Shown piece after piece: positions 58,079 to 64,000 of a stretch of DNA of 64,000 nt. This DNA is from an uncultured Candidatus Saccharibacteria bacterium (lineage in GTDB: Bacteria > Patescibacteriota > Minisyncoccia > Phycocordibacterales > DATDWN01), in the NCBI GenBank assembly GCA_964551495.1, contig CAZKCA010000004.1, forward strand, positions 15,439 through 79,438. The letters run 5' to 3'. The position numbers and the translations under genes are program-made. The notes beneath the pieces are model-generated. The model saw nothing but the letters and a program-made list of their open reading frames with translations. It ran no database searches and was not told the origin of the DNA. How positions within the stretch are numbered: position 1 is the first letter of the stretch; every line of letters starts with the position of its first letter.

Positions 58079-60235
58079 ATGGAACTCGATTCAGTATTGA
58101 TAAAAGAATTTAGATTATCTGAGATACAAAAAAAGGCTCTCAAAAAACTTGGCTTAGAAACCTTAGAAGATTTGTTATACCACTTCCCTGTAAGATACGG
58201 CGATACCAGCCAAGTCAAAAACATAGAAACTTTATCTAAAGGAGAAAATGCTACCATATTTGGAAAAATATCTGGACTAAAAACATCAAAAGCTTTTATA
58301 AAGAAAATCCCCATGTCTGAAGCCACAATCACAGACGACACAGGAAGCATAAAGTCTATTTGGTTCAATCAGCCCTATATAGCAAAAATGCACCATGAAG
58401 GACAATTGGTTAGGGTTGAAGGAAAAGTGACAGAAAGAAAAGGTTTTCTTTACTTAAGCAACCCAAAAATAGAAAGTGTAAAAACTATTCCTACTGCAGT
58501 CGGAGAATCATTATTTGGAGTAGGTCATGATGAGCACTCTCTCTATCCAGTCTATCCAGAAAGCAAAGGAATAACTTCGGAGTGGATATATTTCGCTATA
58601 CAAAAAATATTTAGTAATGGCATATTGGAAAAAATAAATGATCCTATCCCAGAAGAAATTTTAAACAAATACCACCTACCAAATTTAAAAACATCTATCA
58701 TATGGATACATACACCAAAAAAAACAGAGGATGCCCTTTCGGCAAGAAAAAGATTTGCATTCCAAGAAATATTTTTTATCCAGATCAAAAAACAAAAAGA
58801 AAGAGCTTCTTGGAAAGATAAAAAATCTTTCAAAATAATTCCTGATAAAAAATTATTAGAAGAATTTATTAAAAAATTCCCGTTTAAACCAACTGATTCT
58901 CAAATAAATGGAATAAACACTATCATTTCAGATTTCAATAAAGATTATCCAATGTCTCGACTACTTGAAGGAGATGTTGGGTCTGGAAAAACAGCCATAG
59001 CCGCAACAACAATATTTGCCATAACAAAAACAAGGCCTGAAAATAAAGATTATGGTAACCTGCAAAGCGCTTATATGGTCCCTACTGAAATTTTGGCCAA
59101 ACAACACTACGAAAATTTTATATCTTACTTTAAACATCTACCTATAAAAATTGGCCTTATAACAGGAAGTGAATGTAAAATATTCCCTTCCAAAATAGAC
59201 AAAAACAAACCTACCAAAATATCCAAACCTCAACTTTTAAAATGGGTGGCAAATGGAGAAGTCCCTATTTTAATCGGAACTCATGCATTAATACAAAAAA
59301 CTGTTAAGTTTAAACACTTGGCCTACGTTGTTATAGATGAACAGCACCGTTTTGGGACAATGCAGAGACAAAAATTAACCCAAAAAAATGAATTGACTCC
59401 TCATCTACTTTCAATGACAGCCACTCCTATACCTAGAACACTATCCCTAACAATATACGGAGATTTAGACCTAACGCTTCTTGAAGGAATGCCTCTAGGT
59501 AGAAAACCTGTCATCACAAAAATTATTTTACCCACCGAAAGAAAAAATACATATGATGAAATAAAAAAAGAACTCCAAAACGGAAGACAGCTTTATGTAA
59601 TATGTCCAAGAATAAATGAACCAGACCCTACAAAAGAAATGGCACTGAATGCCAAGTCAGTTGTAGAAGAAGCCAAAAGACTAAAGCAGGATGTTTTCAA
59701 AGATTATTCTATAGATATATTACATTCCAAGATGACCCCTCTTGAAAAAGAAAAGGTTATGGAAAAATTTTCAAATAAAAAGACCGACATCTTGGTAGCT
59801 ACTTCTGTAGTAGAAGTTGGAGTAAATGTACCAAATGCAACAATGATAATAATAGAAGGTGCAGAAAGATTTGGACTTTCTCAACTTCACCAACTAAGAG
59901 GAAGAGTTATAAGATCTAACCACCAAGCTTATTGTTATGTTTTCACAGAAAGTAAAAGTCAAAAAACCAAAGAAAGACTAAAAGCTTTGACTGAAGCCAA
60001 AAATGGTTTTGAACTAGCTGAGTTTGATTTATCCCAAAGAGGGTCAGGAACACTTTATAGTGGAAAACAATGGGGTGTATCTGATGTTGCAATGGAAGGA
60101 TTAAAAAACATAAAACTTGTAGAATTGGCCAGAAAAGAAGCAACCGAAATAGTAGAAAAAGATCCCACTCTTTCAAAATACCCCTCAATAAAAAAATACA
60201 TTGAATCTATAAAAGAAGAAATTCATATGGAATGA
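58079..60235 (+). CDS. recG: ATP-dependent DNA helicase RecG.
   Basis: Wedge/OB N-terminal domain, helicase motifs GDVGSGKT, DEQHRFG, TATPIPRTL, HQLRGRVIR, 718 aa. Confidence 0.85.
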   Translation: MELDSVLIKEFRLSEIQKKALKKLGLETLEDLLYHFPVRYGDTSQVKNIETLSKGENATIFGKISGLKTSKAFIKKIPMSEATITDDTGSIKSIWFNQPYIAKMHHEGQLVRVEGKVTERKGFLYLSNPKIESVKTIPTAVGESLFGVGHDEHSLYPVYPESKGITSEWIYFAIQKIFSNGILEKINDPIPEEILNKYHLPNLKTSIIWIHTPKKTEDALSARKRFAFQEIFFIQIKKQKERASWKDKKSFKIIPDKKLLEEFIKKFPFKPTDSQINGINTIISDFNKDYPMSRLLEGDVGSGKTAIAATTIFAITKTRPENKDYGNLQSAYMVPTEILAKQHYENFISYFKHLPIKIGLITGSECKIFPSKIDKNKPTKISKPQLLKWVANGEVPILIGTHALIQKTVKFKHLAYVVIDEQHRFGTMQRQKLTQKNELTPHLLSMTATPIPRTLSLTIYGDLDLTLLEGMPLGRKPVITKIILPTERKNTYDEIKKELQNGRQLYVICPRINEPDPTKEMALNAKSVVEEAKRLKQDVFKDYSIDILHSKMTPLEKEKVMEKFSNKKTDILVATSVVEVGVNVPNATMIIIEGAERFGLSQLHQLRGRVIRSNHQAYCYVFTESKSQKTKERLKALTEAKNGFELAEFDLSQRGSGTLYSGKQWGVSDVAMEGLKNIKLVELARKEATEIVEKDPTLSKYPSIKKYIESIKEEIHME

Positions 60236-60236
60236 T

Positions 60237-60267
60237 AAAAGCGGAGGTTATTCCTCCGCTTTGGTTT
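60237..60267. terminator. Bidirectional intrinsic terminator (gcggagg-ttatt-cctccgc).
   Basis: Seen directly between recG and the convergent minus-strand small ORF. Confidence 0.65.
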
Positions 60268-60412
60268 CCAGTTTGTAAACTGGTTGTTCTTCTGGTTCTG
60301 ATGAAGAAAATTTTTTAAATTTCTTCATCAATCCTTCGTAGCAAACAGCACACTCCCCTTCGGAAGTGACTGCGGGCGCTTGCCCGCAGGAATTACAATA
60401 AGGTACTGGCAT
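60248..60412 (-). CDS. Small zinc-ribbon protein (54 aa, MPVPYCNSCGQAPAVTSEGECAVCYEGLMKKF...).
   Basis: CxxC...CxxC and the SD AGGAGG 5 nt upstream of the ATG. Below the ORF-track cutoff. Confidence 0.45.
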   Translation of the reverse strand: MPVPYCNSCGQAPAVTSEGECAVCYEGLMKKFKKFSSSEPEEQPVYKLETKAEE

Positions 60413-60433
60413 ACTGCCTCCTCTCACATTAAA

Positions 60434-61696
60434 TCACATATCTAGAATTTGCTCAATTTTAATCCCTCGAGAACCTTTCAAAAGAAAAGTGAATCCTTTA
60501 AAATCCTCTCTATTAAACCACTCTTTAGCTTCTTCTGAGTTAGTAAACCATTTATACTCAAATGAATCATCTAAAACTTCCTTAAAATTTGGTCCAACAA
60601 AAATCACTGTATCAAAATTGTATTCCCTTACCTGATCTACTATTTTTTTGTGTTCTTCTTTTGAGTATTTTCCTAGCTCAAGCATATCACCTAAAATAAC
60701 ACCCTTTGGTTTTTGAAAAGATTTTGCAAAACTTTCCAAAGATAATTTCATGCTAGAAGGATTTGCATTGTAACAATCCAAAACAAAAGTATTTCCATCT
60801 TTTTCCAAAAGTTCTGACCTTTTTGTAAATGGTTTTAATTGGGATAAAGTTTCTAAAGCTTGATGTAGGTCTATGTTGAAATACTTAGCCAAAGAAAGAG
60901 TGAGTTGTATATTTGAAATATTATAATCCCCTATTAAATTTGTAACGTAATCATTTTCTTCAAAATTTATTTTCAAATATTTTTCATTTGAATAAGAAAG
61001 TTCAAATTCCGGATACAAAATCCTTTTTAGTTTATAAGAATCCTCTACTAAATCTTCTAAATTTTTGTTAACAAAGGCTAGGACTTCATTTTCATAGGCC
61101 CAATTGTATATTTCTTTGTTTGCTTCTCGGACACCTTCTGGAGAACCAAAACCCTCTAAATGATCCATTCCATTATTTGTAACCACAACTATTGTGGGCT
61201 CTAGTATTTTTAAAAGCTTTGTGTGTTCACCTTTATGATTTGCGCCTATTTCAAAAACACCAATTTCAGAATCTTTTGGTATTTGCAAAATAGAAAGAGG
61301 AAGTCCTATGTGATTATTTAAGTTTTCTTTTGTTACATAAGTTTTGTATTTTGTTTTCAAAACTTCTCCTACAAGTTCTCGACTGGTTGTTTTGCCATTT
61401 GATCCTCCTATAACTATTATTGGAATATTAAATTCTTTTCTGTATTTGTTGGCTACAAATTGCAAAGTTTCTAAAACATCAGAAACTAAATATATTTTAT
61501 CCCCTACTTTTTCTGGATTATCTGTGACAGAGGCGATAGCTCCTTTAGATAGAGCTTCTTTTACAAAATTGTTTCCATCAAAATTTTCTCCTTTTAGAGC
61601 AAAATAGACAGATCCAACAAGGTCTTTTCTGGTGTCTGTTGAGATTTTGAAATTGTTTTCTTGCAGTTTCTGCCAAATAGGCGAAATGTCGTTCAT
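60434..61696 (-). CDS. murF: UDP-N-acetylmuramoyl-tripeptide--D-alanyl-D-alanine ligase (Mur ligase family).
   Basis: Mur ligase P-loop GGSNGKTT, central and C-terminal Mur domains. N-terminus LKGENFDGNNFVKEALSKGA is MurF-like. Confidence 0.65.
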   Translation of the reverse strand: MNDISPIWQKLQENNFKISTDTRKDLVGSVYFALKGENFDGNNFVKEALSKGAIASVTDNPEKVGDKIYLVSDVLETLQFVANKYRKEFNIPIIVIGGSNGKTTSRELVGEVLKTKYKTYVTKENLNNHIGLPLSILQIPKDSEIGVFEIGANHKGEHTKLLKILEPTIVVVTNNGMDHLEGFGSPEGVREANKEIYNWAYENEVLAFVNKNLEDLVEDSYKLKRILYPEFELSYSNEKYLKINFEENDYVTNLIGDYNISNIQLTLSLAKYFNIDLHQALETLSQLKPFTKRSELLEKDGNTFVLDCYNANPSSMKLSLESFAKSFQKPKGVILGDMLELGKYSKEEHKKIVDQVREYNFDTVIFVGPNFKEVLDDSFEYKWFTNSEEAKEWFNREDFKGFTFLLKGSRGIKIEQILDM

Positions 61697-61733
61697 AGGG
61701 GTATTATACAGATGATTTTAAAAAGGCACACCA

Positions 61734-61901
61734 GGATTCGACCCTTACAGGGTCAGTACTGAGCACCAGGACTCTCCCTCGAAATTTTTTCGTCGCCACT
61801 CAAAAATTTCTGGGCACCGGTTTGTCGACAAACTCTGGTGAGTTTGTAAACCGACAAACCGTTCGAATCCTTAATACAAAGCTACGCTTTGTACTTACGT
61901 G
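61734..61901 (-). repeat. tRNA-abutting structured element, copy E (downstream of tRNA-Ile).
   Basis: On the minus strand: hairpin plus U-run, then the 10-bp stem cgguuugucg/cgacaaaccg (compensatory to copy D) enclosing acaaacuc-ugguga-guuuguaaac, then UACUGA-ccc-UGUAA-ggg-UCGAAUCC. It ends with cuggugugcc, a copy of the tRNA-Ile T-arm/acceptor 3' end. Confidence 0.55.
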
Positions 61902-61974
61902 TGCACGTACCAGGATTCGAACCTGGGACCGGTCGTGTATAAGACGACTGCTCTACCAACTGAGCTATACGTGC
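61902..61974 (-). tRNA. tRNA-Ile(UAU).
   Basis: GCACGTA-TA-GCTC-AGTTGGTA-GAGC-A-GTCGT-CTTATAC-ACGAC-CGGTC-CCAGG-TTCGAAT-CCTGG-TACGTGC-A. Fully canonical cloverleaf. Confidence 0.8.
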
Positions 61975-62108
61975 AATATATCTAACTTTAAACAACTGAC
62001 TGTGTCCGCCATAGCCTGCCTTAGCAATCGACGGTGGGGCTAACCTCTAATATTAACTACATTAAAATACCATAATTACAAAAAATAAAAAAGGGTTATA
62101 ATATAGAC

Positions 62109-62372
62109 ATGGAAGAAGAAAAGCAAAATAAAAAACTATGGTTCAAAGCCAAAAGATTTGGTTGGGGCTGGTATCCAGCTTCTTGGGAAGGATGGCTTGT
62201 AACAATAGTATACATAGGAGTAATACTAGCTTTAGCATTTAGTCTAGATGAAAATTCAACAGACAAAGAAGCTTTGTTCGTACTAGTCTTACCTATGATT
62301 CTTTTAACAATAACTTTTATTCGTATTGCATACAGAACAGGAGAAAAGCCGAGATGGCGTTGGGGTAAGTAG
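62109..62372 (+). CDS. Small membrane protein (87 aa).
   Basis: Two TM helices. Followed by a terminator. Confidence 0.4.
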   Translation: MEEEKQNKKLWFKAKRFGWGWYPASWEGWLVTIVYIGVILALAFSLDENSTDKEALFVLVLPMILLTITFIRIAYRTGEKPRWRWGK

Positions 62373-62376
62373 TTGA

Positions 62377-62404
62377 AAGGCCGGATAAAATCCGGCCTTT
62401 TGTT
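62377..62404. terminator. Bidirectional intrinsic terminator (aaaggccgga-taaaa-tccggccttt).
   Basis: Seen directly between convergent genes. Confidence 0.7.
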
Positions 62405-62613
62405 TAGAAAGAAAACTTGAGCTCAAGTGAAAGCTGTTGCTCAGGTAATCTTTCTGGTGGTTGTCCTTTGAGCTCAAACGGCTCGCATGGTTTACTGTGA
62501 CAATTCACACATGCAGTGTGAATAAAAAATTTTCCCCCTTCGGCAGAAAGGTGTTCTTTTAATTCCCCTTCACAGGTCCCGTGACCTGTGGGTTTCTGGC
62601 ATTTTTCTATCAC
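62404..62613 (-). CDS. Small Cys-rich protein (69 aa).
   Basis: C-x8-C ... C-x2-C-x4-C pattern (CQKPTGHGTC...CVNCHSKPC). Possible metal-binding. Confidence 0.35.
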   Translation of the reverse strand: MIEKCQKPTGHGTCEGELKEHLSAEGGKFFIHTACVNCHSKPCEPFELKGQPPERLPEQQLSLELKFSF

Positions 62614-62715
62614 TATTAGTGCCTCCTTTGAAAATATTACTCCTGTCTAAAAATAAAATCAATCCCGTAGTGAATTTGTTATACAAATATACTACGGGAT
62701 AAATCCCAAAACCAA

Positions 62716-64000
62716 CTAGTCTTGGTGTTCTATATCAAGCTTCTTTTTTGGTGTCACGCCATTTGCAATCAAAAGATTTTCAAATTCTTCTCTTTCTATC
62801 GTTTCAACTTCCATAAGTTTTATAGCTATACTATCCAAAAGCTTCCTGTTTTCTATAATTATTTTGTGAGCCTTTTCTTCTGCCTCTTTCATTATTTTTG
62901 AAACTTCTGCATCAATATCAGCCGCCACTTTTTCAGAAAAAGCTTTTTCTTCTACTCCTCTTCCAAACAAAACTTTTCCTCCTTGTCCTTCCAAAGCTAT
63001 TGGTCCAAGTTTTTCAGACATACCATATTTTGTAACCATTTCTCTAGCCAAAGCTGTTGAAACCTGTAAATCATTTGATGGACCTGTAGTTAAATCTTCA
63101 AATAATAACTTTTCTGTAACATATCCACCTAAAGATACTGCAATATCATCTAGAAACTCTTTCTTAGATTGTAATTTTCTGTCTTCTAACGGAAGTTTCA
63201 AAACATACCCAGCAGCTCTACCTCTAGAAATGATAGATATTTTGTGAACAGGATCAGCATAAGGAAGTATTGATGCAAGAACAGCGTGGCCCGCCTCATG
63301 ATAGGCTGTAATTTCTTTTTCTTTCTTTGAAAGGATATGGCTCTTTCTTTCTGGACCGAGCATAACTTTTTCAATAGAACGAATCAAATCATATTGAGAA
63401 ACTTGTGTTCTGTTTTCCCTAGCAGCCAATATTGCTCCCTCGTTCATAAGAGAGTGCAAATCTGCCCCAGAAAAACCTGGTGTTCTTTCAGCAATGACAG
63501 CCAAATTTACATCTTCAGCAAGAGGTTTCTTTACAGCATGAACTTTCAGTATTTCTTCTCTATCACCCCTATCTGGTAAATCCAAAGTTACTCTTCTATC
63601 AAATCTTCCTGGACGAAGTAAAGCAGGGTCCAAAACATCTGGCCTATTTGTTGCAGCCATAACAATAACCTTTTCATTTGGTTCAAAACCATCCATTTCT
63701 ACCAATATCTGATTTAGAGTTTGCTCTCTTTCGTCATTCCCTCCTCCTGCACCAACTCCTCTAACCCTTCCAACAGCATCTATTTCATCCACAAAAATAA
63801 TAGCAGGAGACATCTTCTTCGCCATCAAAAACAAATCTCTTACTCTACTTGCACCAACTCCAACAAACATCTCTACAAATTCAGAACCGGAAATAGAAAA
63901 GAATGCTACTCCAGCCTCCCCCGCCACAGCCCTAGCAAGCAAAGTTTTTCCTGTACCAGGAGCACCCATTAAAAGTATTCCTTTTGGAATTCTTGCTCCA
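62716..64000 (-). CDS. ftsH: ATP-dependent zinc metalloprotease FtsH (N-terminus beyond the window end).
   Basis: The reading frame continues past 64000 ([18 protein letters not shown] Walker A). AAA SRH region, M41 motif HEAGHAV. Confidence 0.9.
   Translation of the reverse strand, partial: GARIPKGILLMGAPGTGKTLLARAVAGEAGVAFFSISGSEFVEMFVGVGASRVRDLFLMAKKMSPAIIFVDEIDAVGRVRGVGAGGGNDEREQTLNQILVEMDGFEPNEKVIVMAATNRPDVLDPALLRPGRFDRRVTLDLPDRGDREEILKVHAVKKPLAEDVNLAVIAERTPGFSGADLHSLMNEGAILAARENRTQVSQYDLIRSIEKVMLGPERKSHILSKKEKEITAYHEAGHAVLASILPYADPVHKISIISRGRAAGYVLKLPLEDRKLQSKKEFLDDIAVSLGGYVTEKLLFEDLTTGPSNDLQVSTALAREMVTKYGMSEKLGPIALEGQGGKVLFGRGVEEKAFSEKVAADIDAEVSKIMKEAEEKAHKIIIENRKLLDSIAIKLMEVETIEREEFENLLIANGVTPKKKLDIEHQD

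Overview
AT-rich, gene-dense window that looks like a reduced-genome, Gram-positive-type bacterium (Patescibacteria/CPR-like). Most genes are on the minus strand. It uses the standard genetic code, and some genes have clear Shine-Dalgarno sites.

Content, start to end:
- 1-4042: mannoside-utilisation cluster (two GH130 phosphorylase-like genes, an RPWG-cupin mannose-6-P isomerase-like gene, a HAD-IIB sugar-phosphate hydrolase).
- 4057-8148: pyrD, a YibE/F-like membrane protein, small secreted proteins, an SPFH protein.
- 8153-21129: a nine-gene cell-surface locus. It holds three paralogous cohesin-like anchored proteins, a dockerin protein, a DUF916/CscA-like anchored protein, and two Ser/Thr/Gly-rich secreted proteins. 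One of these is a 1275-aa protein with a 1.2-kb internal tandem duplication. The two share a ~160-aa C-terminal domain that is possibly WxL/Csc-like. The locus ends with a class-A beta-lactamase-fold hydrolase and an acidic anchored protein.
- 21-26 kb: small units (DM13 protein, VanY-like carboxypeptidase, DUF1905, NUDIX) and a GC-rich islet bracketed by repeats derived from the tRNA-Gln 3' end.
- 26.5-33.8 kb: pyrG, ftsX, ftsE, GIY-YIG, a short prfB with tRNA-Thr 8 nt upstream, a DedA-like protein, GNAT, two NUDIX.
- 33.9-35.1 kb: tRNA island (details below).
- 36-40 kb: gatA, gatC, HTH regulator, ligA.
- 40.2-52.3 kb: complete type IV pilus/competence cluster (four minor pilins, pilD, two pilA, pilC, pilT, a response regulator, pilB, pilO, pilN, pilM, comFC).
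- 52.4-64 kb: GIY-YIG, tRNA-Ser, two more tRNA-abutting elements, a metzincin protease with a PepSY partner, glyA, recG, murF, tRNA-Ile(UAU), partial ftsH.

Most unusual features:
1. Five copies of a 140-190-nt structured element, each placed immediately 3' of a tRNA gene. Each copy ends with a re-created T-loop-to-acceptor 3' fragment of that tRNA. Copies carry conserved stem-loop modules that show compensatory base changes. Two small GIY-YIG nuclease paralogs lie nearby.
2. tRNA-Asp(GUC) is split by a compact ~210-nt group I intron between anticodon positions 35 and 36.

No CRISPR array, rRNA, or obvious IS or phage genes were seen.
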